Source: Eledone cirrhosa
Taxonomy: Eukaryota
Direction: 5' to 3'
Assembly (NCBI GenBank): GCA_964016885.1
Contig: OZ024741.1
Coordinates: 307,210,001-307,274,000, forward strand
DNA: 64,000 nucleotides
In this document: positions 26,909 through 40,073 of the stretch, one piece after another
Layout: every line of letters begins with the position of its first letter
Numbering within the stretch: position 1 is the first letter of the stretch
Program-made: the position numbers and the translations under genes
Notes under the pieces: generated by a model
What the model was told of the DNA's origin: nothing
The model's database searches: none
The model's input: only the letters and a program-made list of their open reading frames with translations

Positions 26909-27335
26909 CCTGTGTCAGTGTTGAACAAAAAGGTGACGTGGTTGCCTTAACACCGTATGGCATAAATTCAGGCTGTTCAGTTTGTTTACAAACGAACAAA
27001 GCGACGTTACAATAAGCGCCGCTAAACTGATACGTGCATATATGTATGTGTACCTGTATACATATGTATGTATATATGTATATATATATATATATGTGCA
27101 TGCTACTGTACGTCTGTATACATATATGTATGTACGTATACATGCATACTTACATTTAAGTAAGTGCCATACTAAGAGTGAGAAATGAAATTTCGTTTTC
27201 ATTTTGTTTCAATTTATCGTTTTCGGTATGCCTGACCGATTTAACTCACTCAATATGCAAATTAGGCTGATCAGCCGTTAATTTTCATAAGGAAAGTATA
27301 TACTTTCGAACGTTCAACTATCTGACAGATGGGTA

Positions 27336-27380
27336 AACGGTGCTGATGATAGCTAGCAAGCTTGAAACTAGTACATCGTT
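27336..27380 (+). ncRNA. Minimal type I hammerhead ribozyme (next monomer, +472)
   Basis: Same fold, stem II loop agca. Confidence 0.88.
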
Positions 27381-27679
27381 CCTGTGTCAGTGTTGAACAA
27401 AAAGGTGACGTGGTTGCCTTAACACCGTATGGCATAAATTCAGGCTGTTCAGTTTGTTTACAAACGAACAAAGCGACGTTATAATAAGCGCCGCTAAACT
27501 GATACGTGCATATATGTATGTGTACCTGTATGCATATGTATGTATATATGTATATATATATATATATGTGCATGCTACTGTACGTCTGTATACATATATG
27601 TATGTACGTATACATGCATACTTACATATATATATATATATACATATATATACATATACATATATATACATATACATAT

Positions 27680-27718
<39 letters not shown>

Positions 27719-28238
27719 CATATATATATATACATATATATACATATATATATACATATATATATATACATATATATATACATATACACTTATATATACA
27801 TATACATATATACATCATCATCATCGTTTAACGTCCATCCTCCACACTTGCATTGGTTTGGACGGTAGTTTTCCTACTTGAAGCAGGAGTGGTTATATAC
27901 ATATACATATATACATACATATACATATATACATATATATACATATACATATACATATACATATATATACATATATATATATACATATATGTATATATAT
28001 ACATATATATATACATATATATGTATATATTTACATATATATACAGATACATTTATATATATATGTATATATATACATATATATACATATACACATATAT
28101 ATATACGTATATACATATATATATATACATATACATATATATACGTATATATATATATACATATACATGTATATACATATATATATATATATACATATAT
28201 ATACATATACATATATACATACATATACATATATATAT

Positions 28239-28382
28239 AGGAACCATCGACTTTCGTCAAATCGGAGCGAGGGAACAATATTTCCGTTGGTCTTTCCAAT
28301 TGCTAATACTATCTATCGGTCGCAACTCCAGGTACAAGGAGCAACGTAAAATAAAGTGTCTTGCTCATGGACATAACGCATC
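28239..28382 (-). mobile_element. 5'-truncated SINE (family of 14078-14296)
   Basis: The tail and CORE-like part match; the tRNA head is missing. Confidence 0.8.
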
Positions 28383-28460
28383 GCATAACGCATAACGCAT
28401 ACACACATATATATATATATATACACATATATACAGACATATATATATATATATATATAC

Positions 28461-28491
<31 letters not shown>

Positions 28492-28546
28492 CACATATAT
28501 ATATATAGATATATATATATATACATATATCTTTATATATATATAC

Positions 28547-28631
<85 letters not shown>

Positions 28632-28857
28632 CATATATATATATACACATATATATATACATCATCATCATCATCATCATCATCATCACCGTTTTACGTC
28701 CGTTCTTCCATGCTAGCATGGGTTAGACGGGTTGTCCTGTTGTGTGCCGTGTCTGGCGGCTGACCATGCCTTGCCCATACAGGAACTGATCTGGCTTGAT
28801 TTCTACAGCTGGATGATATATGTATATATATATATACATATATATGTATATATATAT

Positions 28858-29448
28858 ATGGTGGCTGCCAACTCGTTTTCGAGTACGGCCACTACTTTAC
28901 ATCCATGTATGATAACCCCTACCGAAGCGCTGAACGAGTGTGACTTTTTAGTCCAGCCAGCGACTTGAAACCTCTGGTACAAACACTACACCTGTGACAA
29001 TTATTGACACATAGTGCTAGGCCCATGGTAGGACAATTATTGACACATAGTGCTGGGCCCATGTGAGGACAAGTGCAGAGAGATCTCCAGATATAAAGCA
29101 ATGCCTGTGCCGTGAAGCTTTTATAGTGAGCAAAGGCACTGCACAAAGCCAGTCCCACTCTCTTAACCAAGATGCTATTTACCAAAAAGAAGAACAAGTC
29201 AACATCATTGGATACCATCAGGGTTGCAGGTGTTATATCAGAGTTTTCCTTCTCCTAGAATTCTGCCTTGACTAAGGCTAAAGGGGTCATCTCTCCCGGT
29301 GATTTTGGATGGCCATTGACTCTTAAGAGCTCCTTTGCCCTTTGACAGGTTTTGTTTTTAGTCCTGCAGGATGTCCAAAGTCACCCTCCTCACCAAGAAA
29401 CCTTGGTGGGGTTGCCAGTTTAGTCGCCAACGACCCGACCATGAGACA
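28858..29448 (-). mobile_element. Short non-autonomous RTE-derived repeat ending in a C2H2-finger remnant (copy 1)
   Basis: Minus strand [20 protein letters not shown] and motif ggagaaggaaaactctga. Copies at 54979-55436 and 59147-59438 share the same 3' end. Confidence 0.7.
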
Positions 29449-29479
29449 TATATATATACATATATACATATATATATAC

Positions 29480-29583
<104 letters not shown>

Positions 29584-29584
29584 G

Positions 29585-30022
29585 GAATAGAATGAAACGA
29601 AATTTCATTTCTCACTTTTAGTACGGCACTTACTTAAATGTAAGTATGTATGTATACGTACATACATATATGTATACAGACGTACAGTAGCATGTATATA
29701 TATACATATCATTTTCATAAGGAAAGTATATACTTTCGGACGTTGAATCATCTGTCAGAAAGGTATACGGTGCTGACGATAGCTAATAAGCTTGAAACTA
29801 GTACATCGTTCCTGTGTCAGTGTTGAACAAAAAGGTGACGTGGTTGCCTAACACTGTACGGCGTAATTCAGGCTGTTTGTTTGTTTACAAACGAACAAAC
29901 CGAGCATTATAATAAATGTTCGGTAAACTGATACGTGCATATATATATGTGTGCCTGTATGTATATATATACATGCTACTGCACGTATGTATACATATAT
30001 GTATGTACGTATACATACATAC
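29585..30022 (+). mobile_element. Copy of the 472-nt hammerhead family with inverted 5' segment (HHR 29767-29809)
   Basis: 29585-~29705 is antisense and ~29710-30022 is sense. acggtg-CTGACGA-t-agct-aata-agct-t-GAAA-ctag-TA|catcgt. Confidence 0.85.
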
Positions 30023-30228
30023 TTATATATATATAAATATATATATATACATATATATATATACATACATATATATACATATATATATATACATAAATAT
30101 ATATACATATATATATACATATATATACATATATACATATATATATATACATATATACATATATATATATACATATATATATACATATATATATATATAT
30201 ACATATATATATACATACATATATATAC

Positions 30229-30261
<33 letters not shown>

Positions 30262-30786
30262 CATACACATATATATACATTACATATATATACATATATA
30301 TATATACATATATATATATATACCTATATATGCATACATATATACATATATATGTATACATATATATATACATATATATATATATGTACATACATATATA
30401 TACATTCAAATATATATATACATATATATATATATACATATATATATACATACATATATATACATATATATATACATATATACATATATATATACATACA
30501 TATATATACATATATATATATACATATATATACATATATATATATACATATATATATATATACATACATATATATACATATATATATATACATATATATT
30601 TATACATATATATATATATATACATATATATACATATATATATACATATATATATACATATATACATATATATACATATATATACATATATATATATACA
30701 TATATATATAGATATATATATACATATATATAGATATATATACATATATATATATACATATATATATACAAAATATATATATATAC

Positions 30787-30821
<35 letters not shown>

Positions 30822-30834
30822 CATATATATATAA

Positions 30835-30867
<33 letters not shown>

Positions 30868-30930
30868 AACATATATATATAGATACATATATATATACAT
30901 ACATATATATATACATATATATATATACAC

Positions 30931-30975
<45 letters not shown>

Positions 30976-31020
30976 TAAACAAATAATGAATAAACAATTC
31001 CTTATATTAAACAAAAAAAG

Positions 31021-31175
31021 TTCATTATTTAACGATCGTTTCTAGGATATATATGTGTTAGAATTGGTATGCATATTCAACAGATCTATGTACAAAATTA
31101 TACAAAATTATACAAATTATCAAGATTAAATATACATACCAAATACATATATACGCCGTCTTCAGAAATAATGAA
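31021..31175 (-). ncRNA. Hammerhead ribozyme with ~115-nt stem II (left arm)
   Basis: ttcattattt-CTGAAGA-...-GAAA-cgatcg-TT|aaataatgaa. Perfect 10-bp stem I. Confidence 0.85.
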
Positions 31176-31996
31176 GTATATTTATTGATAATAACAACAA
31201 TTCAAAATTTCAGTTCAAAATTGACCAATGAAAACACAAAGGGTTAAATGCAGTTCGGTGTGTGTATATACATGTAAAACCCTTACACATATTTTACAAA
31301 AATGTATGTATAATTTGTATACGCATACTAAAAGGATGGATGCAAATACAAAATTTCAAGGTTAATGTCTCTGTAAGCTTACAATGCGCAGATAAGATGC
31401 GCATTGATACTTATGAAGTCAAGTATATAAATATATTTTTACATACTCACACATATCAGTACAATCACACATACACGCGCGTATATGCATAAATATACAC
31501 ATAACCACGAACATACAAACACACACACACCCCCACTCACATTTATATATGTGGATATAAAATCATAAGCACATGGATATTAATTCACTCACATAAAACA
31601 CTGGCACACACATTTCTAGATCAAGATACAGAAATTAGGTGGGAGGGGGGGGGAGGGGTCAGTATTCAACTGTCTGAGACGACTGCCTAATATAAATGTA
31701 TCTATAAATTAAGAAAAATAAAAAAATAAAACAATAAAATATAATAAATATAATATAATATACATACACATACAGATATATACACATACATACATGTACA
31801 CACACATAGAAATATTTACGCATACACACATACGCACATACATATACAGTCATACACACACATACACCTACACGAACATACACATACACATATATAAAGA
31901 TATATATATATACACACACACACACACGCAACACATACACACATACACATATATATAAAAAAAATAAATAATAAAGATATATACATATATATATAT

Positions 31997-32039
<43 letters not shown>

Positions 32040-32427
32040 CACATACACCTAAATATATATACACATACATACACACATACATAGACATACATGTACATAC
32101 ATATACGTACATCGATATACATACATATATATATATATATATACACACACATAGACATATAGATACATACACACACAACTTACATACACACATATATATA
32201 TATATGTATATTCATACATAGAATTAGATATATAATCATACATACATATGCACTTACTTATACTCATATATACAAATACCTACGCATCCATATAAGCGTA
32301 TATACATAAAAAACCACTACAACCTCACCTAACTCAGACATACAAATAAAAATAATAATAAAAAGGCATATGTATATACATACACACACGCATTAATAGA
32401 GATATATATATATATACACACATACAT

Positions 32428-32468
<41 letters not shown>

Positions 32469-32501
32469 TATATATATATATACACACACATACACTCATA
32501 C

Positions 32502-32532
<31 letters not shown>

Positions 32533-32873
32533 GATATCTACACACTCATACCACCATAAATACACATACAAACACCCACATATACATATATATACACACA
32601 CGTATATATATACATATATATATACACACACATAAAAAACAGACATGCACATATATATATATTTTTTTTACACTTATATATACACATATTATATACACAT
32701 ACACAATCTCACTTATACACACATACATATAAGTTATATTATAATAATAAAGAATAATATATATATATACATATATATATATACATACATACATACATAT
32801 ACATACATACATATAAACATATACATACATAAATACACACATACGAATATAGACATATATACACACATAGACA

Positions 32874-32932
<59 letters not shown>

Positions 32933-34063
32933 ATATACACAGACACATATACACACTCACATATATATATATGTGTGTGTGCGTGCACACACACATATAT
33001 ACACACACACACACATATACACATAAACACATACATATGCATACATGCACACACACGCACATATATCACATAGATACGAAGATAAACATATAAATAGAGA
33101 GACATACATATATATACACAACACACATACACACACAAACATACACACGCATATACATATACATATATATATACATATATATATTCCTATATATACATGC
33201 ATACACATACATACACATATATACACATACATACACATATACGTACACACATTCACATACACATACATATATAAATGCATATATACACATATATACATAC
33301 ATATACACACTCATATATACACACGCAATCTTACATTCATATTTGCATGCGCATATATGTATTTTTATATTTAGATATAAATACCCAAACCTATATAGAT
33401 ACCTACCTACATATATATTCATACATAGACGCTTACAAATACAGATGATAATAGTATGGGGGAAAGGGGGGGTTTGGAGAAGGGGATCAAAGTAAATATA
33501 TGTTTCAAGAAACATAAAATATTTTCCGTATCTTTATCCAATGTATGTTCTTACATATTTTCAGTGTTAGGAAATACAGCAAACAAGAACTAAGGCAAAA
33601 TCTATGCATCTCAAAATAAATAAGTATACCATTAATCATATGTTAACTAAACCAAAGATAGTCAACATATTGATTTCTAAGGTGTAAATTAGTTAGGTTT
33701 ATAATATTTGAAGCAGAATTTTGAAGTTAAACAGTAGTAGATTATTAATTACAGTATAACTAAATTAAAGTTAATAACGTTATGGTATCAATATTAGGAA
33801 ATGAATTTAGTAATAGGGAAAAAAAAAAACCCAAATAAAAATAAAATAAAGTATTACATCGGTAGTAGAATATAAATTATATGTTAACTAAATTAAAAAT
33901 TATATATTTATTTCAATAGTATATGTTAATTAGGTATACAATACATAAAGCAGATATTGTATTTCATCAATAGCATAATATAATTATATGCAAATAGAAA
34001 TCAAAATTAATACGCATACATATACATATACATACACATACATCTATACATATACATACACAC

Positions 34064-34102
<39 letters not shown>

Positions 34103-34625
34103 TACATACATACACATATACATACACACACACACATACACATACACATATACATATACATATTTTTTTCAAAAAATTGCATAGAATATATTAACTAGGT
34201 ATATATCCAAAACACATCCCATTCTATGATTACATGACATTCTGCAATTCGTCTGTATAAGGATACTAATTTTAAGCAAATTAAAATTAAAATTTTTAGG
34301 TTGATTAAAACTAAAACCAAATAATAAATATATTTCTAAAATGTATATTAATTAGGTCTATAATACTAAAAATTATTTCTCTGTCATTGGATACACGATA
34401 TTATTTTGTTATATTTTATCTGTAAAAGAATTATAATAAAAGGTTTAAATAAATTAAAATTAATCTATAAATTAAATTACTAAGTATATATTAGTAATAT
34501 TTAAAGGTTTTTCACAATTTATGATTACATAATATTTTATATTCTCATCTGTAATAAAATATTAATTAAATTAAAATTATAGGTTAACTAACATTTAAAT
34601 TAAATTAATTTCTAAAATAATGTTA

Positions 34626-36371
34626 TTAATTAGGTTTATAATATTTAAATGTTTTTTTTAGTTTATGATTACACGATATAATTAATTCCTGTCGTTTATT
34701 TAATAAGATATCCTTAGACTTCATTATTTCAAATAGTTCTTGGGAACATAATCTACATTCATTTCTATTATTTTGATAAGGGGTGGCTCTTTTGAGCACA
34801 CTCCAGGTCAAATCATATTTTATATTCTTATTTTTATAACTATTGATTTTTTCTGCTAGAGATGTTGTATTAGCCAGTGCGGCATTTTTAAAACTATGCT
34901 TGTGGGTATTAAACCTTGTCTTAAAATTGTTAGAGGTAGCTCCTATATATGAGCAAATAGAATCTTTAGTTTTAACATTACATTTATAGACTATGTTGTT
35001 AACAAGACAATTCCCTTTTAATGGGCAGTTTGCTTTGTTTCTACAGTTACATCCTTTCGTTAATTCTGTATTTGAGGAGATATTATGGTTAATTTGATGT
35101 ACTGGTGGTATACTTATGGTTTTCTTACATTTATATGCATTATATGCACTTATATTTTGTTTTATGTTATTTGTTGTAGAGTATGAGAATTTAACTGTAG
35201 ACCTATTTAAGATTTGATGGTATTTGTGGTTTGGCGGGAAGTTTTTCTCAAGGATATAAAAAAATTTTTTAGCAATATTATCCTTAACTTGTAAATTAAA
35301 AGGAGCATTATACCAAGTAACCCGTCTATTACGGTTTCTATGTTGTTTATTATTTTTATTATTTTTATAGGTTGTATCGTGATTTTTACTAGGAGGATTA
35401 ATGTTAATGATCTCACCACAACTATTTTTAGTTATATTTGTAGATTTAGGTGTTTTATCCTTTTTATTAGGAGTTTTATTATTAATATTTATTATAGTTG
35501 TATGATGAGTAGTTTTTTGAGAGTTACTATACTTTATATTAGAAGATTTAGTATTTTGGGGTATAGTGTGGGTGGCATTTAGGTGTGTACTTTTCATTTG
35601 GTGTTTGTTGGTAATATTATGTTGTATGCTTTCAGTATTCTTAGTAGAAGGTATATACTCTAATCTATTTTTGTGGCCACTTCTATCTAGAGCTTCGTTA
35701 TAGAAGGTCGCATTTTTATCAAATACATCTTGGTTAGAAGAAAGGTTAGAAATTCTAAGTGATATATTATATGCAAGGTTTTTAAGGATAGATTTAGGGT
35801 GATTAGATTGTGAGTGTATGTAATGTAAGTTTTGGTTAGGTTTATGGTAAGGTTGGTAGATACCCGTAGCTAAATCTAAAGTTATATCTAGGAAATTTAC
35901 TACTTTACTTGTTTTTTCAAAAGTAATATTAAGATTATAATAGTCTTTAAGGAAAGTTCGAATATGTTTTTTGTTTTTTTCGATTTCTGAAAGGCTAAGG
36001 TTGTTAGAAAGAAGAAGACAGTCATCACGATATAAACCACCTTTGAGGTGGGGAAAAGAGGCATTTATGTTGAAAAGGAGAAAGAGGCCCACAAGATCAG
36101 TAATTTGGGCGGAATCGCTTGAACCCATAGTAATATCAAAAAGATTACTGTATGTGTTTCTGGTCCAGTATTCATTCTGAAATTCAATAAGTGTTAGTCT
36201 AGCATGTGTAATAATGTTAATGTCATCCAAAGTTAAGTTAGATCTATTTTTAGCAAATATCAATGCTTTGTTCAGGAGTATAGGTGATATAGAAGAATAG
36301 TAATTATCTATATCAAATTGTAGGAAAGAAGCAGAAGATTTACACCTAATATTTTTAAACCAGTTAATTAC
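34626..36371 (-). CDS. Naiad-like RT plus GIY-YIG, open for 582 codons, 5'-truncated
   Basis: VINWFKNI..FLQFDIDNYYSSI (in frame, upstream of the track start), FDITMGSSDSAQITDLVGLFLL, GLYRDDCL, VNFLDITLDL, SNHP, CNCRNKANCPLKGNCL..IVYKC..YIGAT..FKTRFNTH, CRLC..E..LLNKR.E..CNH. Confidence 0.93.
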   Translation of the reverse strand, partial: VINWFKNIRCKSSASFLQFDIDNYYSSISPILLNKALIFAKNRSNLTLDDINIITHARLTLIEFQNEYWTRNTYSNLFDITMGSSDSAQITDLVGLFLLFNINASFPHLKGGLYRDDCLLLSNNLSLSEIEKNKKHIRTFLKDYYNLNITFEKTSKVVNFLDITLDLATGIYQPYHKPNQNLHYIHSQSNHPKSILKNLAYNISLRISNLSSNQDVFDKNATFYNEALDRSGHKNRLEYIPSTKNTESIQHNITNKHQMKSTHLNATHTIPQNTKSSNIKYSNSQKTTHHTTIININNKTPNKKDKTPKSTNITKNSCGEIININPPSKNHDTTYKNNKNNKQHRNRNRRVTWYNAPFNLQVKDNIAKKFFYILEKNFPPNHKYHQILNRSTVKFSYSTTNNIKQNISAYNAYKCKKTISIPPVHQINHNISSNTELTKGCNCRNKANCPLKGNCLVNNIVYKCNVKTKDSICSYIGATSNNFKTRFNTHKHSFKNAALANTTSLAEKINSYKNKNIKYDLTWSVLKRATPYQNNRNECRLCSQELFEIMKSKDILLNKRQELIISCNHKLKKTFKYYKPN

Positions 36372-36747
36372 CTTATTTTTATTATAATTCTTTTATTATA
36401 ATTCTTATTTTTATTATAATTCTTTTACAGATAAAATATAACAAAATAATATCGTGTATCCAATGACAGAGAAATAATTTTTAGTATTATAGACCTAATT
36501 AATATACATTTTAGAAATATATTTATTATTTGGTTTTAGTTTTAATCAACCTAAAAATTTTAATTTTAATTTGCTTAAAATTAGTATCCTTATACAGACG
36601 AATTGCAGAATGTCATGTAATCATAGAATGGGATGTGTTTTGGATATATACCTAGTTAATATATTCTATGCAATTTTTTGAAAAAAATATGTATATGTAT
36701 ATGTGTATGTGTATGTGTGTGTGTGTATGTATATGTGTATGTATGTA

Positions 36748-36786
<39 letters not shown>

Positions 36787-37917
36787 GTGTGTATGTATAT
36801 GTATAGATGTATGTGTATGTATATGTATATGTATGCGTATTAATTTTGATTTCTATTTGCATATAATTATATTATGCTATTGATGAAATACAATATCTGC
36901 TTTATGTATTGTATACCTAATTAACATATACTATTGAAATAAATATATAATTTTTAATTTAGTTAACATATAATTTATATTCTACTACCGATGTAATACT
37001 TTATTTTATTTTTATTTGGGTTTTTTTTTTTCCCTATTACTAAATTCATTTCCTAATATTGATACCATAACGTTATTAACTTTAATTTAGTTATACTGTA
37101 ATTAATAATCTACTACTGTTTAACTTCAAAATTCTGCTTCAAATATTATAAACCTAACTAATTTACACCTTAGAAATCAATATGTTGACTATCTTTGGTT
37201 TAGTTAACATATGATTAATGGTATACTTATTTATTTTGAGATGCATAGATTTTGCCTTAGTTCTTGTTTGCTGTATTTCCTAACACTGAAAATATGTAAG
37301 AACATACATTGGATAAAGATACGGAAAATATTTTATGTTTCTTGAAACATATATTTACTTTGATCCCCTTCTCCAAACCCCCCCTTTCCCCCATACTATT
37401 ATCATCTGTATTTGTAAGCGTCTATGTATGAATATATATGTAGGTAGGTATCTATATAGGTTTGGGTATTTATATCTAAATATAAAAATACATATATGCG
37501 CATGCAAATATGAATGTAAGATTGCGTGTGTATATATGAGTGTGTATATGTATGTATATATGTGTATATATGCATTTATATATGTATGTGTATGTGAATG
37601 TGTGTACGTATATGTGTATGTATGTGTATATATGTGTATGTATGTGTATGCATGTATATATAGGAATATATATATGTATATATATATGTATATGTATATG
37701 CGTGTGTATGTTTGTGTGTGTATGTGTGTTGTGTATATATATGTATGTCTCTCTATTTATATGTTTATCTTCGTATCTATGTGATATATGTGCGTGTGTG
37801 TGCATGTATGCATATGTATGTGTTTATGTGTATATGTGTGTGTGTGTGTATATATGTGTGTGTGCACGCACACACACATATATATATATGTGAGTGTGTA
37901 TATGTGTCTGTGTATAT

Positions 37918-37976
<59 letters not shown>

Positions 37977-38331
37977 TGTCTATGTGTGTATATATGTCTA
38001 TATTCGTATGTGTGTATTTATGTATGTATATGTTTATATGTATGTATGTATATGTATGTATGTATGTATATATATATATGTATGTATATATATGTATATA
38101 TATATATTATTCTTTATTATTATAATATAACTTATATGTATGTGTGTATAAGTGAGATTGTGTATGTGTATATAATATGTGTATATATAAGTGTAAAAAA
38201 AATATATATATATGTGCATGTCTGTTTTTTATGTGTGTGTATATATATATGTATATATATACGTGTGTGTATATATATGTATATGTGGGTGTTTGTATGT
38301 GTATTTATGGTGGTATGAGTGTGTAGATATC

Positions 38332-38371
<40 letters not shown>

Positions 38372-38399
38372 AGTGTATGTGTGTGTATATATATATATA

Positions 38400-38434
<35 letters not shown>

Positions 38435-38826
38435 GTGTATGTATGTGTGTATATATATATATATCTCTATTAATGCGTGTGTGTATGTATATACATATGC
38501 CTTTTTATTATTATTTTTATTTGTATGTCTGAGTTAGGTGAGGTTGTAGTGGTTTTTTATGTATATACGCATATATGGATGCGTATGTATTTGTATATAT
38601 GAGTATAAGTAAGTGCATATGTATGTATGATTATATATCTAATTCTATGTATGAATATACATATATATATATATGTGTGTATGTAAGTTGTGTGTGTATG
38701 TATCTATATGTCTATGTGTGTGTATATATATATATATATATGTATGTATATCGATGTACGTATATGTATGTACATGTATGTCTATGTATGTGTGTATGTA
38801 TGTGTATATATATTTAGGTGTATGTG

Positions 38827-38869
<43 letters not shown>

Positions 38870-39690
38870 ATATATATATATGTATATATCTTTATTATTT
38901 ATTTTTTTTATATATATGTGTATGTGTGTATGTGTTGCGTGTGTGTGTGTGTGTATATATATATATCTTTATATATGTGTATGTGTATGTTCGTGTAGGT
39001 GTATGTGTGTGTATGACTGTATATGTATGTGCGTATGTGTGTATGCGTAAATATTTCTATGTGTGTGTACATGTATGTATGTGTATATATCTGTATGTGT
39101 ATGTATATTATATTATATTTATTATATTTTATTGTTTTATTTTTTTATTTTTCTTAATTTATAGATACATTTATATTAGGCAGTCGTCTCAGACAGTTGA
39201 ATACTGACCCCTCCCCCCCCCTCCCACCTAATTTCTGTATCTTGATCTAGAAATGTGTGTGCCAGTGTTTTATGTGAGTGAATTAATATCCATGTGCTTA
39301 TGATTTTATATCCACATATATAAATGTGAGTGGGGGTGTGTGTGTGTTTGTATGTTCGTGGTTATGTGTATATTTATGCATATACGCGCGTGTATGTGTG
39401 ATTGTACTGATATGTGTGAGTATGTAAAAATATATTTATATACTTGACTTCATAAGTATCAATGCGCATCTTATCTGCGCATTGTAAGCTTACAGAGACA
39501 TTAACCTTGAAATTTTGTATTTGCATCCATCCTTTTAGTATGCGTATACAAATTATACATACATTTTTGTAAAATATGTGTAAGGGTTTTACATGTATAT
39601 ACACACACCGAACTGCATTTAACCCTTTGTGTTTTCATTGGTCAATTTTGAACTGAAATTTTGAATTGTTGTTATTATCAATAAATATAC

Positions 39691-39845
39691 TTCATTATTT
39701 CTGAAGACGGCGTATATATGTGTTTGGTATGTATATTTAATCTTGATAATTTGTATAATTTTGTATAATTTTGTACATAGATCTGTTGAATATGCATACC
39801 AATTCTAACACATATATATCCTAGAAACGATCGTTAAATAATGAA
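39691..39845 (+). ncRNA. Hammerhead ribozyme with ~115-nt stem II (right arm)
   Basis: CTGAAGA 39701-39707 and GAAA 39824-39827. Stem II pairs tatatatgtgtt/aacacatatata and ggtatgtatattt/gaatatgcatacc. Confidence 0.85.
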
Positions 39846-40030
39846 CTTTTTTTGTTTAATATAAGGAATTGTTTATTCATTATTTGTTTAATATTTTATC
39901 TTGACTCTGTATACCGTTTATCTTTCACCGAAAGTGGTTTTTCATTACATCTCTTCTTTCCATGATATCCGGAATACATTGAGTTCTTCATACGGATTGG
40001 ACACTACCGTAAACTCTTGGTAGATTTATC

Positions 40031-40069
<39 letters not shown>

Positions 40070-40073
<4 letters not shown>

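Larger units (their letters stand above)
26185..27627 (+). mobile_element. Tandem array of ~472-nt hammerhead monomers with an inverted 5' segment (non-LTR retrozyme-like)
   Basis: Units start at 26441, 26925 and 27397. Inverted segment 26185-26441. No credible ORF. Confidence 0.88.
30967..40030 (-). mobile_element. Naiad-like PLE insertion with a ~3.5-kb inverted pLTR
   Basis: Arms 30967-34441 and 36409-39899 are near-perfect reverse complements around the RT-GIY-YIG ORF. The right arm continues ~130 bp further as unique sequence. Confidence 0.9.

Noticed and set aside
26441-27627. CRISPR-like or ordinary satellite array
   Set aside because: The units are wholly repeated with no unique spacers, there are no cas genes, and the context is eukaryotic.
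29345-29448. Twister or HDV-like ribozyme in the RTE-derived 5' region
   Set aside because: Only a gaggaggg resemblance; the pseudoknot pairings could not be built by eye.
34626-36371. Selenocysteine recoding, reported for some Naiad elements
   Set aside because: No in-frame TGA in this frame, and no SECIS that I can support.
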